A stretch of DNA of 64,000 bases from an uncultured Clostridia bacterium (GCA_944386445.1 CALXBD010000093.1:36235-100234), one strand, 5' to 3'. Counted from the first letter of the stretch, positions 27,303-36,917 are shown. Notes: generated by a model from the letters alone, not told the origin. Numbers and translations: made by a program.

Positions 27303-27658
27303 GGAATCACCGCCTATCTTATAAGACGAAGGTTTAAGGCCCTGCAAAGGAGCCCAAGAATAAAGAGTTCATAACCATTATAGCGACTTCTCAAAAAATG
27401 AAAAGCCCTTTTTGCAAAAAACTTTTCCCAAAGATGAACAATATTTTACGCATTTTTTCGGGCATTGTGCAGATTTCTAAAAAATGCCGGCGGAAAGCGC
27501 CACTATTATATAATGTAGGGAAAACGCAGCAAATTTTGATAAAAAAATAACGGGATGATTTCAAAAAATTCCTACTGTTTACGCATAACGAGTGCATATC
27601 TTCCAATATTCACCACATACCTATTTAACAGCGTCGCGTGCGCAGAAAGGAGCAACCA

Positions 27659-27946
27659 ATGGATTTTGCCATGAAACGACCCGGAAAGTGTCCGGGAAAA
27701 ATTCGGGCCCTGTTCTTTCACCGGCAAGCAGAGTCAGACAGCCTTTTAGAAGAGCTGGCAGATCTTCAGCAGCAGATATCTGCCATAAACAGCCAATTTG
27801 ATATTCTTACAGATGAAGAATTGATTTCCGCCTGCTGCTTTCAAATGAAGGCGCTTTCCACGCGATATGATCGTTTGCTGCGGGAAGCGCGTCTCCGCGG
27901 ACTACATCAGGAACCCTATGGACTTCCCCCCTTTTCATCCAGATGA
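27659..27946 (+). CDS. Small helical protein, DUF2508 (YaaL)-like
   Basis: About 95 aa. The pattern LLEELADLQQQI...TDEELISACCFQMKALSTRYDRLLREARLRGL resembles YaaL-type proteins; I am working from memory of that family. SD AAAGGAG sits 6 nt before ATG 27659. Confidence 0.45.
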   Translation: MDFAMKRPGKCPGKIRALFFHRQAESDSLLEELADLQQQISAINSQFDILTDEELISACCFQMKALSTRYDRLLREARLRGLHQEPYGLPPFSSR

Positions 27947-27988
27947 TTTTGCGTTATAATAGAACTGTCGGTACCGCCGGCAGAAAGG

Positions 27989-28312
27989 ATGAGGGTTGTG
28001 GTACAGAATCCTTATGTAGATGAACTGGTACAAAGCATTATCTCTCTCTGTGACCCCCAGAAGGTCTATATTTTCAGCATGAAATATGACCTGCAACAGC
28101 GAGTGATCGGATTCAAGCTTTGTATTGTAGGAGATACGCCGGACAAACGGAAGCTGGAACAGGATATCTACCTTTCTCTGGATTGCCAGGTTCCCTATGA
28201 TGTGGTAATCTATACAACAGAAGAATGGGAACAGTTTTCTGTATCCCCCAACACATTTGCGTACAGCATCCGGGAAAAGGGGGTATTGGTCTATGACAAG
28301 GCGACGGCATAA
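27989..28312 (+). CDS. Minimal nucleotidyltransferase-fold protein with degenerate catalytic motifs (MntA-like antitoxin candidate)
   Basis: Topology matches MNT proteins (VYIFSMKYD... where FGSxARG is expected, FKLCIVGD where DxD is expected, then PYDVVIYTTEEWE). It overlaps the downstream HEPN gene by 20 nt. The start is uncertain (ATG 27989 or GTG 27998). Confidence 0.5.
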   Translation: MRVVVQNPYVDELVQSIISLCDPQKVYIFSMKYDLQQRVIGFKLCIVGDTPDKRKLEQDIYLSLDCQVPYDVVIYTTEEWEQFSVSPNTFAYSIREKGVLVYDKATA

Positions 28313-28733
28313 TCCCAGTGACAGCCGCCGGTATAAAGACTGGATCAATGCCGCGTATGATGATTACAGGGCTGCCCAGCTTCTGTCCAAGGATGACACG
28401 TTAAATAATGCGACGGCATTTCATTGCCAGCAGTGCGCGGAGAAGGCTCTTAAAGGCTATATTCTGGCGGAAAGCCGCCAATCTGTAGATGGACATAACC
28501 TGACCTGGCTTTGTCGGCGCGCGGTTTCTTTAGACGACAGCTTTCGGGAATGGCTGGATGAAAGCGCTGCCTTGAACCGGTATTACATTGAAACCCGGTA
28601 CCCTACGGATATTCCGACGGAGATTTCCGATGAGGAGCTTCATACCATTCTGCAGATGACAGAGCGGCTGTTCTACTATGTTGCGGATACTCTGAAGCTT
28701 ACGGATACCCTGGATGATTTTGAGGCATATTAA
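28293..28733 (+). CDS. HEPN domain protein (HepT-like toxin candidate)
   Basis: HEPN-like helices (AAYDDYRAAQLL, AFHCQQCAEKALKGYILA, GHNLTWLCRRA, LNRYYIETRYPTD). RQSVDGH fits the Rx4-6H spacing. SD AAAAGGGGG precedes ATG 28293. Confidence 0.72.
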   Translation: MTRRRHNPSDSRRYKDWINAAYDDYRAAQLLSKDDTLNNATAFHCQQCAEKALKGYILAESRQSVDGHNLTWLCRRAVSLDDSFREWLDESAALNRYYIETRYPTDIPTEISDEELHTILQMTERLFYYVADTLKLTDTLDDFEAY

Positions 28734-28863
28734 GGAAATTGCATGCATAAGAGCAAGTCAGCGGAAGACTTTACTTTCTGGCTTTATTATAACATATTTA
28801 TCGAGAATATTTCAATTTTTTAAAAAATAATCAGATTTGTTGATACAACGTTTGGTGCAGCCA

Positions 28864-28897
28864 AAAAGCGCCCTCCCTTTTTAGGGAGGGCGCTTTT
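28864..28897. terminator. Bidirectional terminator
   Basis: 14-bp stem, aaaagcgccctccc-ttttta-gggagggcgctttt. Confidence 0.8.
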
Positions 28898-28912
28898 CAG
28901 TAAATAGATGGA

Positions 28913-29653
28913 TCACTTTCCATACATAGAAACAAACTGAACGATCGGCGTGGGATCTTCCAGGCTATGGGGGTGATGGCCGCAGTCTGGCTTGACAAAT
29001 TCCTGCAGGAAGCCGCCGGCTTTCCGGAACCTCTCTGCGAAAAGCGCTCCGTTTTCAGAATAAGGAACCACCGCATCAGAGCCGCCTGCCACCAACAAGA
29101 CGGGAATACCGGTTTTAGCAAGCTCCTCCGTACGATCCAAAGGATTCTCGGCAAAGGACGCCGCAGTTTTTTCTGTGAGCCCATAACAGCTGAGACATTC
29201 CTGCCATTCTCGTTCCGCGCCGCAGCCGGTTCCCTTTCCCCCGGGCCAACTGCGGATATCCAGTACCGGCGCATCCAGATATAGGGCAGATACCTCCGCC
29301 GGGTACGTCAAGGCATAGTTGCACGCATAAAGTCCGCCTCTGCTAAAGCCAAACAGCACCGCCTTTTGGGACAGTTCCAGTTCCTTGACTGCTGTTTCCC
29401 GAAATTCGTGCATCCATTGAATCGCTGAAGGGCATCCGTACAGGTCGCTGACCTTATGATAAGCCAGATGCCAGCCCTGTTCCAGCAAAGCCTTATCGGC
29501 TTGCGCAAAGGCTCCGAAAAATTCCGCGCGCCAGATCCAAGGATTTCCCTCCAAAGGCTTTTCGGGGCAAACCACAAAGCTTTCCCTTCCGTTGACCAAA
29601 AAATTCTTTTTCACGCGGTTTTCCCATTCGGACAATGTAATTGAAAGTGCCAC
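28913..29653 (-). CDS. Alpha/beta hydrolase
   Basis: Nucleophile elbow GFSRGG, with downstream acid and His contexts (GGSDAVVP, CGHHPH). GTG start after AAAGGCGGCGG. Confidence 0.72.
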   Translation of the reverse strand: MALSITLSEWENRVKKNFLVNGRESFVVCPEKPLEGNPWIWRAEFFGAFAQADKALLEQGWHLAYHKVSDLYGCPSAIQWMHEFRETAVKELELSQKAVLFGFSRGGLYACNYALTYPAEVSALYLDAPVLDIRSWPGGKGTGCGAEREWQECLSCYGLTEKTAASFAENPLDRTEELAKTGIPVLLVAGGSDAVVPYSENGALFAERFRKAGGFLQEFVKPDCGHHPHSLEDPTPIVQFVSMYGK

Positions 29654-29666
29654 AAAACCGCCGCCT

Positions 29667-30791
29667 TTACTTGACTGTAATCAATTCATATTCTCTAGTA
29701 CCCAGCCCCAGCTTTACAGCATGGTCAATGCCGCTTTTCCAGTTGGTATCCGGGAAGGTGTTGGTAAAGTGGTCGTGATGGCAATCCCCGTGAGCATGGA
29801 GATTGTCATCCAATTTACTTCCGGCCAGAACCGGCATGGCGTTGCAGGCGTCAGCGCAGGCTACATCCAAGGCCACCGGATCAAAAGAGGCAAACATTCC
29901 GACATCGGGAATAATCGGCAGGTCATTTTCCGGATGACAGTCGCAGTAAGGGGAAACATCCATGACGATGCTGATATGGAAATTCGGACGGCCATGAACA
30001 ACCGCTTTGGTATACTCTGCGATTTTGCAATTCAATTCGTCATTGGCGCTGGGATTCTCGTTATAAATCGCGTCAAAATTGCAAGCACCGAGACAGCGTC
30101 CGCAGCCGACGCACTTGCTGTGGTCGATAGAAGCTTTCCGGTCGGCCCCGAAAGAAATAGCCCCATGAGCACAGTTCTTGGCACAGGTACGGCAACCGCG
30201 GCAAAGTTCCTGATTCACATCGGGTTTTCCGGAGTTATGCTGTTCCATTTTTCCTGCCCGGGAGCCGCAGCCCATGCCCAGATTTTTCAAAGCGCCGCCG
30301 AAGCCAGTAGCCTCGTGGCCTTTAAAATGATTGAGGGATATGATCACGTCGGCATCCATAATTGCGTGGCCGATTTTTGCTTCTTTAACATACTCGCCGC
30401 CTTCCACAGGGACCAGCGTTTCGTCGGTTCCTTTCAGGCCGTCGGCGATAATAACAGGACATCCACAGGCATAAGGAGTAAAGCCGTTTTCCCAAGCGGC
30501 ATCCAAATGATCCAGAGCATTTTTCCGTCTTCCGACATACAGAGTATTGCAGTCGGTCAGGAATGGTTTTCCGCCCAACTCTTTCACGACATCTGCAACA
30601 GCTTTTGCAAAGTTAGGCCGCAGGTAGGAAAGGTTACCGGGTTCCCCAAAATGGATCTTGATGGCAACAAACCGCTCTTTCATATTGATATCGCCGATAC
30701 CGGCCCGACGGATCAGCTTTTGAAGTTTTTCAAGCAAATTAGTCCCGGGTACAGCGCGCATATCTGTAAAATAGACCTTAGATTTTTCCAT
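29667..30791 (-). CDS. DUF362 domain protein with 2x[4Fe-4S] ferredoxin insert
   Basis: DUF362-like N-terminus (FVAIKIHFGEPGN...FLTDCNTLY) and two CxxCxxCxxxC motifs (CRGCRTCAKNC, CVGCGRCLGAC). Confidence 0.82.
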   Translation of the reverse strand: MEKSKVYFTDMRAVPGTNLLEKLQKLIRRAGIGDINMKERFVAIKIHFGEPGNLSYLRPNFAKAVADVVKELGGKPFLTDCNTLYVGRRKNALDHLDAAWENGFTPYACGCPVIIADGLKGTDETLVPVEGGEYVKEAKIGHAIMDADVIISLNHFKGHEATGFGGALKNLGMGCGSRAGKMEQHNSGKPDVNQELCRGCRTCAKNCAHGAISFGADRKASIDHSKCVGCGRCLGACNFDAIYNENPSANDELNCKIAEYTKAVVHGRPNFHISIVMDVSPYCDCHPENDLPIIPDVGMFASFDPVALDVACADACNAMPVLAGSKLDDNLHAHGDCHHDHFTNTFPDTNWKSGIDHAVKLGLGTREYELITVK

Positions 30792-30845
30792 AAAATCTTC
30801 CTTTCTGCAGGTTTTCTTTCATCTTATCTCATTTTTTCAAAAAAG

Positions 30846-31133
30846 TCAACTACTCCGCGGCACCGCGGTAAATCGTCGAATTTTCATGCCCAACAGATAA
30901 AATTCCACAGAATGCGTTTCATTTTCCCCGGCACGAAAGTTTCCCTGAATCAAAAAGCCATAGCCCAAGCCCTGATAGCCGCTGTCTCCGGTTTTTTCGG
31001 CTTCCCTTGAAGCCATGCAAAACAACGGCTTTTCATACAATTTGATTACCCGAACATAATCCGTCGCCAACATTCCGCTCCACAGCGCCAATGCTGCCAA
31101 TACCGGCAGAATGGCCCATTTCAAGATTCTCAT
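30846..31133 (-). CDS. Small signal-anchored hypothetical protein
   Basis: ATG 31133 (MRILKWAILPVLAALALWSGML) follows GGAGAGG. I recognise no family. Confidence 0.45.
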   Translation of the reverse strand: MRILKWAILPVLAALALWSGMLATDYVRVIKLYEKPLFCMASREAEKTGDSGYQGLGYGFLIQGNFRAGENETHSVEFYLLGMKIRRFTAVPRSS

Positions 31134-31305
31134 AAGTACCTCTCCTTCCCGATCCATGGTAGCACATTTTCACTGGAAGGATGAAACTTTTTCCTTTTCA
31201 TTTTCTTAAAAAAGGCGGAAGATTCAACTTCAGCCCTAAAACAAACTCTTGACCTACTATATCACTGTGTCATATGTTCGTTTCAATTTTCAAGCCAACA
31301 CTTAT

Positions 31306-31343
31306 CCTTAGAAAGACCCCTTCCAAAAGCCTTTGGAAGGGGT
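31306..31343 (-). terminator. Intrinsic terminator after the 73-aa ORF
   Basis: 12-bp stem, accccttccaaa-ggct-tttggaaggggt on the minus strand, followed by CTTTCT. Confidence 0.6.
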
Positions 31344-31354
31344 TCAAATACAAA

Positions 31355-31576
31355 TCACTTTTTATTTTCGATGTCAAATTCCCGCATCCGAAGCACATTT
31401 TGCTCTGGAATATTGCGGACTTCATATCCATCCTGATCTGATGTCTGGTAAGCAGTCAGCGGGTTTGTCAAATTAATAGGCGGCACCTGATTCGTCAGCG
31501 GTGGTTTGGCGTAATTTCCAACCATTGGCAGAGAAGCGGCATGTTTAGATTGATTGTGAGTGCGTCGCTTTTTCAT
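31355..31576 (-). CDS. Small hypothetical protein (73 aa, basic N-terminus)
   Basis: Good SD (CAAGGAGGAAT) before ATG 31576, and its own terminator. I recognise no family. Confidence 0.45.
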   Translation of the reverse strand: MKKRRTHNQSKHAASLPMVGNYAKPPLTNQVPPINLTNPLTAYQTSDQDGYEVRNIPEQNVLRMREFDIENKK

Positions 31577-31655
31577 CCGGCATTCCTCCTTGCGGCAGTG
31601 GCCGCAAAATTAGGATATCCGCCTGCGTCAAAATTATTGCCGGAGGAATCTGCCA

Positions 31656-32555
31656 TCAAGCCAGATACTTTCCTGCCTCTACTGCTGCGACAGCGCCGTC
31701 CGCGGCAGCGGTAACCAGCTGTCGAAGCGGTTTGGTACGGACATCTCCTGCCGCAAAGACACCTTCCACACTGGTATGGCAGTCCTCGCCAGCACGGATG
31801 TAACCGCCGTCCAAATCTAGCTGCCCTTCGAACAAATCGGTATTGGGATTCAATCCCACCGCTACGAAAACTCCGGAAACTTCCAATTGGGAAATCGTCC
31901 CGTTTTGGGTATTCTTTAATTTTACGCCGGTAACAAACTGGTCACCGAGAATTTCATCCACTGTTGCATTCAGCACCAGGCGGATATTTTCCCGGGCACG
32001 CACGGCGTCCACAACAGACTGATGTGCCCGGAACCCTTCTCGGCGATGAATCAGGTAAACCGTCCTGCAGCTGTTTGCCAAGAAAAGCGCGTCCTCCAAA
32101 GCGGTATTGCCGCCTCCTACAATCGCCACATCCTTTCCGCGGAAAAACGCTCCGTCGCAAGTAGCGCAGTACGAAACGCCGCGCCCCTGGAAGGTATCCT
32201 CACCTGGGCAGCCCAGTTTTCTGTGGGATGCGCCTGTGGCCAAAATCATGGTACGACTTTCAATTGTTTCGTTCGCCGTATGGACCTTCTTAACCGTTCC
32301 CGCCAGCTCCACGCTCTTAACGATTACGGATTCCGGCTTCACGCCCAAGCTTTCCGCATGGCCTGAAAGATTCTGGACAAAATCAAATCCCGATATGCTA
32401 GGAATTCCCGGATAATTATCCACGTCAGGAGAATTCAAAATCTGTCCTCCACAGACACCATTTTCCAGCAATCGGACCGACAATCCTGCCCGGACCGCAT
32501 AAATGGCAGCAGACAGTCCCGCTGTTCCTGCGCCCAAAATAATTACATCCGTCAT
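31656..32555 (-). CDS. trxB: Thioredoxin-disulfide reductase
   Basis: FAD-binding VIILGAGTAGLSAAIYA, redox-active CATCDG, and a second dinucleotide fold VAIVGGGNTALEDA. ATG 32555 follows GGAAAGGCGG. Confidence 0.93.
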   Translation of the reverse strand: MTDVIILGAGTAGLSAAIYAVRAGLSVRLLENGVCGGQILNSPDVDNYPGIPSISGFDFVQNLSGHAESLGVKPESVIVKSVELAGTVKKVHTANETIESRTMILATGASHRKLGCPGEDTFQGRGVSYCATCDGAFFRGKDVAIVGGGNTALEDALFLANSCRTVYLIHRREGFRAHQSVVDAVRARENIRLVLNATVDEILGDQFVTGVKLKNTQNGTISQLEVSGVFVAVGLNPNTDLFEGQLDLDGGYIRAGEDCHTSVEGVFAAGDVRTKPLRQLVTAAADGAVAAVEAGKYLA

Positions 32556-32664
32556 AAAAAACCGCCTTTCCGAAATAGTATATGAAAAAGATACATTTTG
32601 ATTCAAACTTTTTCTTCGAATTTATTATACCATAAAAGTATAATTTTGGCAACCTTTTTCGGGC

Positions 32665-32699
32665 AAAACAAAAACGCCCCTTGAACAAGGGGCGTTTTT
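32665..32699 (-). terminator. Intrinsic terminator after the msmK-like gene
   Basis: aaaaacgcccctt-gttc-aaggggcgttttt on the minus strand, followed by GTTTTG. Confidence 0.75.
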
Positions 32700-32709
32700 G
32701 AAAAAGCAA

Positions 32710-33831
32710 TTAGTTGAGGATGACTTTCTCTGTCTCTTTGTCGAAGACATGGATGTTGTTAACATCAATAGCCATCTTAATGGTATCGCCTGCACGAGCG
32801 GTAGAACGAGGAGAAACACGTGCGGTCAGGTTGACACCTGCGCAGGTCAGATAGAGGTAAGTCTCAGCGCCCATCAACTCGGTAACTTCGACGCTGCAGT
32901 CGATGATGCCGGTATTAGCGGCGGACAGGAACATTTCCTCGTCCTTCAGGCTTTCAGGACGGACGCCCAAGATAACGTCTTTGCCGACGTATTCAGCCAG
33001 GCTGTCGTTCTTTTTGCTCTCAGGGATAACGACTTCATAAGTATTGGTCTCATCGCCGAATGTAACAGCATAGTGGCCATCTTTTTCGATCATCTTAGCA
33101 TCGATAAAGTTCATCTGAGGAGATCCGATGAAGCCGGCGACGAAAACATTGGTAGGTTTAGAGTAGAGGTTCTGAGGAGTATCAACCTGCTGAATGAAGC
33201 CGTCCTTCATAACAACGATCCGGTCGCCCATGGTCATAGCCTCGGTCTGGTCATGGGTTACGTAAATGAAGGTTGTGCCGAGACGGAGATGGAGTTTAGA
33301 AAGCTCGGTTCTCATCTGAGCACGGAGTTTTGCGTCCAAGTTGGACAGAGGTTCGTCAAGGAGGAAGACCTGAGGCTCACGGACGATAGCACGGCCCAGA
33401 GCAACACGCTGACGCTGACCACCGGACAGAGCCTTCGGTTTACGGTCAAGCAGGTGGGTGATATCGAGGATACGAGCGGCTTCTTCAACACGGCGCTTGA
33501 TCTCATCCTTCGGAGTCTTACGAAGTTTCAAGCCGAAAGCCATGTTATCGAACACGGTCATATGAGGATACAGAGCATAGTTCTGGAACACCATTGCGAT
33601 ATCACGATCTTTAGGAGCAACATCATTAACCAGACGGTCGCCGATATACAGTTCGCCTTCGGAAATTTCTTCCAAACCAGCGATCATACGCAGAGTGGTG
33701 GACTTACCGCAGCCGGAAGGACCAACGAGGATAATAAATTCCTTATCTTCGATATCCAGATTGAAGTCAGAAACAGCGGTTACGCCGCCAGCGTATTTTT
33801 TATAAATACCTTTTAATGTTACGCTTGCCAT
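32710..33831 (-). CDS. Sugar ABC importer ATP-binding protein (MsmK/UgpC/MalK type), monocistronic
   Basis: Walker A GPSGCGKST, signature LSGGQRQRVAL, Walker B VFLLDEPLSNLD, and a C-terminal TOBE-like regulatory domain. SD AGGAGG. Confidence 0.93.
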   Translation of the reverse strand: MASVTLKGIYKKYAGGVTAVSDFNLDIEDKEFIILVGPSGCGKSTTLRMIAGLEEISEGELYIGDRLVNDVAPKDRDIAMVFQNYALYPHMTVFDNMAFGLKLRKTPKDEIKRRVEEAARILDITHLLDRKPKALSGGQRQRVALGRAIVREPQVFLLDEPLSNLDAKLRAQMRTELSKLHLRLGTTFIYVTHDQTEAMTMGDRIVVMKDGFIQQVDTPQNLYSKPTNVFVAGFIGSPQMNFIDAKMIEKDGHYAVTFGDETNTYEVVIPESKKNDSLAEYVGKDVILGVRPESLKDEEMFLSAANTGIIDCSVEVTELMGAETYLYLTCAGVNLTARVSPRSTARAGDTIKMAIDVNNIHVFDKETEKVILN

Positions 33832-34022
33832 ACATGGACCTCCTAATTTTTCTCATGGTTTTTGCCTTGATACTATAATAGCAAATTTTTTTCCACCTGA
33901 ATAGTTCTTTATTACCCAAACTTTAAAAAATCTATTTGTGTATATTGACCACTTGCAAAAAGCAAATATTTTCAGTGATTTTCCTATCATTGTGCTCATT
34001 TATCTTATATTTTCTTCATTTT

Positions 34023-34463
34023 TCACGGATTTTCAAGGGTTTCATTGAAAAATCCGTGCATAAACCCATTTAATGCCACTGAAGAGATATCACCCCCTAT
34101 GATTTTCCCCTGAAAAACCAGAAGATTTGCTCGAATGTACTCCGGATATCCCGGATAATTCGTCACAGGATATTGGTATCGTTCCACCTCTTTTCCCGCA
34201 TATCTTCTTAAATCAAATCCTTGTTTCAGTTGAATTTCATTATATTGAACATAAACGTCATCAAATTCCTCTGGAATCCGGACACTGCCCCGATTAATTT
34301 CTTCTCCCAGTTCCCAGCCGTACTGTCCTAGGAATGCTCTACGCTGGGTCTCCGTGCTTCCTGCGAATGACGGGTTCGCGACGCTTACCAGCAGCAAAAT
34401 CGCAGCGGTCACCGGTAGAAACAACAATGCCCATTTGCGTTTTCCTTTCAGCAATTTCAGCAC
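34023..34463 (-). CDS. DUF4830 domain protein (signal-anchored)
   Basis: DUF4830-like core: FLGQYGWELGEE...IPEEFDDVYVQYNEIQLKQGFDLRRYAGKEVERYQY...LLVFQGKIIGGDISS..LNGFMHGF. GTG 34463 (VLKLLKGKRKW) follows CAGGGGG. The start is uncertain. Confidence 0.6.
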   Translation of the reverse strand: MLKLLKGKRKWALLFLPVTAAILLLVSVANPSFAGSTETQRRAFLGQYGWELGEEINRGSVRIPEEFDDVYVQYNEIQLKQGFDLRRYAGKEVERYQYPVTNYPGYPEYIRANLLVFQGKIIGGDISSVALNGFMHGFFNETLENP

Positions 34464-34577
34464 GATACATACCCCCTGTTTGCCAACAAAACTTCTCTCT
34501 TGATTGTATGCGGCAAATAGCGGGTTCATGTCGATGGCGGGGCTGCTCACGCTGCCCCGCCATTGCAAATACATCTA

Positions 34578-36647
34578 TTACTGCTGATCGTTGGAAAGAC
34601 GATTGGAATTGGCGATAACGGTTGCTTCCAAATTGGAGGGCAGTGGATCATACCGAAGAAATTCAAATGCAAAGCTGCCGCTGCCCTGTGTCATCTGACG
34701 CACCAGAGTAGCAAAATCCTGCATCTCGCTCATGGGGACTTCCGCTTCAATTTCTGTCATACCGCCGCCAATGGAATTCATACCAAGCACACGGCCACGG
34801 CGTTTATTCAGTTCGCCCATCATATCACCGGTTGTATCATCCGGCACCTGGACCTTCAGACTGCCGATTGGTTCCAGAATGATCGGCGATGCCTGGGGCA
34901 AACCTGCCTTATAAGCAAGACTTGCAGCTGTTTTAAACGCCATTTCGGAAGAGTCCACCGGATGGTAAGAACCATCCACCAACGTTGCTTTCAGGCCAAC
35001 CACAGGATATCCTGCCAGAACGCCTTTCTTAACGCAATCCTGGAGCCCCTTTTCTACAGCGGGGAAGAAGTTCCGCGGGACGGAACCGCCAAAAACATTC
35101 TCAGCAAATACCAATTCCTCGCTGTCGCAGGGTTCAAATTCGATCCAAACATCGCCATATTGTCCATGACCGCCGCTTTGTTTCTTATGTTTACCCTGAA
35201 CCTTGACCTTTTTGCGAATCGTTTCACGATAAGCAATCGTTGGCGCTTCCAGTTTCACATCCACGCCAAATTTATTCTTCAATTTTGCGACAGTGACATC
35301 CAGATGCTGTTCACCGAGGCCGCTGAGGATCTGCTCTTTTGTCTCCGTATTCAGTGTAAAGGACAACGTCGGGTCTTCTTCCAGCAGACGAGCCATGCCC
35401 TGAGAAATTTTACTTTCATCGCCCTTGCCTACAGGCACGACCGCGCGTGAATAGCAAGGGGCCGGGAATTCGCTCTTGGCAAGGGTCACCTTACGTTTCG
35501 GCGAGCAAAGTGTATCTCCGGTATTAGCCAGCAATTTGCTGATTGCGCAGATATCGCCGGCCGGGACCTCCTTAATCTCTTCCTGCTTTTTACCACGGAC
35601 CAGCAAAAGCTTGCCCAGTTTTTCAGGCTGTCCGGTAGTCATGTTGACCAATTCGGTATCTGGTGTCAGTTTACCGGCAATCACCTTCACATAGGACAGT
35701 TTACCTACAAACGGGTCGGCAATTGTCTTAAAGACGCAGGCCACAGCGGGATCCGCTTCATTGCAGGGGACTTCCACCACATCATCGCCGGACTCTGCTT
35801 CCTCGCCGGCTACTTCAGCCGCAGAAGGCAGCATGGAAACCATAGCTCCCATCAACAAGCTCAGGCCTTCCAAATTGGTGGCGGAACCGCAGAAAACGGG
35901 AGTGATAGAGCCATCGGTGATGCCCTTATGAATTCCCCGGACCAATTCCAGCATAGTGAATTGCTCGCCGGAGAAATACTTTTCCATCAATTCCTCATCG
36001 GTTTCGGCAACAGCTTCTGAAATAGCGTTCACCAAGCCTTCCAACCGGTGGCCCATATCCGGCATGACAACTTCCGCCCGATGGCCGCCTTCGTAGGAAT
36101 AAGCCTTCATTCCGATCAAGTCCACATAGCATTTGACCTTATGCTCTTCCACATAAGGCACTACCAACGGACACACGGAAGGGCCAAACTCTGTTTTCAG
36201 CTGTTCAAGCACTTTATAGAAATCAGCGTGATCGCTGTCCATTTTCGAAACAAAAAACGCACGGGATTTTTTAGCTTTTTCCGCTGCCTGATAGGCTTTT
36301 TTCGCGCCGACAGTGACGCCGGATTTTCCGGAAAGGACGATCAGGGCGCTGTCAGCAGCCCGCATTGCTTCACACTGCCCCAAAGCAAAATCGAAAAGGC
36401 CGGGGGCGTCCAAAAGATTAATTTTCACATCGCTGTATTCGATGGGGACGATAGAAAGGTTTAAAGAAGATTTTCTTTTCACCTCTTCGGGGTCATAGTC
36501 GGAGACCGTAGTGCCGTCGGTGACTTTACCCAGCCGGTCGATGGCGCCGGTACGGTAGAGCAGTGCTTCCACCAGACTTGTCTTTCCGCTGCCGCCGTGA
36601 CCGACGACTGCTATATTCCGAATATTATTTGCCTCATATTGTCTCAT
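34578..36647 (-). CDS. Elongation factor G family GTPase (EF-G paralogue)
   Basis: G1 AVVGHGGSGKTSL, G3 DAPG, and EF-G domains II-V are recognisable over the full length. ATG 36647 follows AAGGAGC. It is not in the rpsL-rpsG-fusA context, so I call it a paralogue. Confidence 0.88.
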   Translation of the reverse strand: MRQYEANNIRNIAVVGHGGSGKTSLVEALLYRTGAIDRLGKVTDGTTVSDYDPEEVKRKSSLNLSIVPIEYSDVKINLLDAPGLFDFALGQCEAMRAADSALIVLSGKSGVTVGAKKAYQAAEKAKKSRAFFVSKMDSDHADFYKVLEQLKTEFGPSVCPLVVPYVEEHKVKCYVDLIGMKAYSYEGGHRAEVVMPDMGHRLEGLVNAISEAVAETDEELMEKYFSGEQFTMLELVRGIHKGITDGSITPVFCGSATNLEGLSLLMGAMVSMLPSAAEVAGEEAESGDDVVEVPCNEADPAVACVFKTIADPFVGKLSYVKVIAGKLTPDTELVNMTTGQPEKLGKLLLVRGKKQEEIKEVPAGDICAISKLLANTGDTLCSPKRKVTLAKSEFPAPCYSRAVVPVGKGDESKISQGMARLLEEDPTLSFTLNTETKEQILSGLGEQHLDVTVAKLKNKFGVDVKLEAPTIAYRETIRKKVKVQGKHKKQSGGHGQYGDVWIEFEPCDSEELVFAENVFGGSVPRNFFPAVEKGLQDCVKKGVLAGYPVVGLKATLVDGSYHPVDSSEMAFKTAASLAYKAGLPQASPIILEPIGSLKVQVPDDTTGDMMGELNKRRGRVLGMNSIGGGMTEIEAEVPMSEMQDFATLVRQMTQGSGSFAFEFLRYDPLPSNLEATVIANSNRLSNDQQ

Positions 36648-36768
36648 ACCATACCGCTCCTTATCTTTTGATATCAATTGCTTGCAGGATCGAAAGCTTG
36701 ATCTCTGGCTGCATTTTACGCCAGCGGATTTCGGAAAAAGTCACAAAAACCCATGTCTGACAAAAGAT

Positions 36769-36797
36769 ATTATAGCACATATCACTCTTTTACACAA
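36769..36797 (-). promoter_or_regulatory. Strong sigma-70-type promoter for the EF-G paralogue
   Basis: On the minus strand: TTGTGT-N17-TATAAT with extended -10 TGC. This predicts a leader of about 115 nt. Confidence 0.6.
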
Positions 36798-36917
36798 GGA
36801 CGAAAAATGGAATATTCCGTGTTTTTTTCGCGGCAGCACGTAAAAGTTTTAAGCGTTCCGTTGTGCATTTCATCCAATTCTATACATAAAAATAAGATTA
36901 TCTATGAAGAATTTTGA

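Noticed and set aside
36800-36840. A GGAATATTCC palindrome flanked by A/T runs, upstream of the EF-G paralogue promoter.
   Set aside because: It is an isolated 10-bp palindrome with AT-only flanking pairing. No second copy and no associated regulator gene was found. There is not enough evidence to call it an operator or a terminator.
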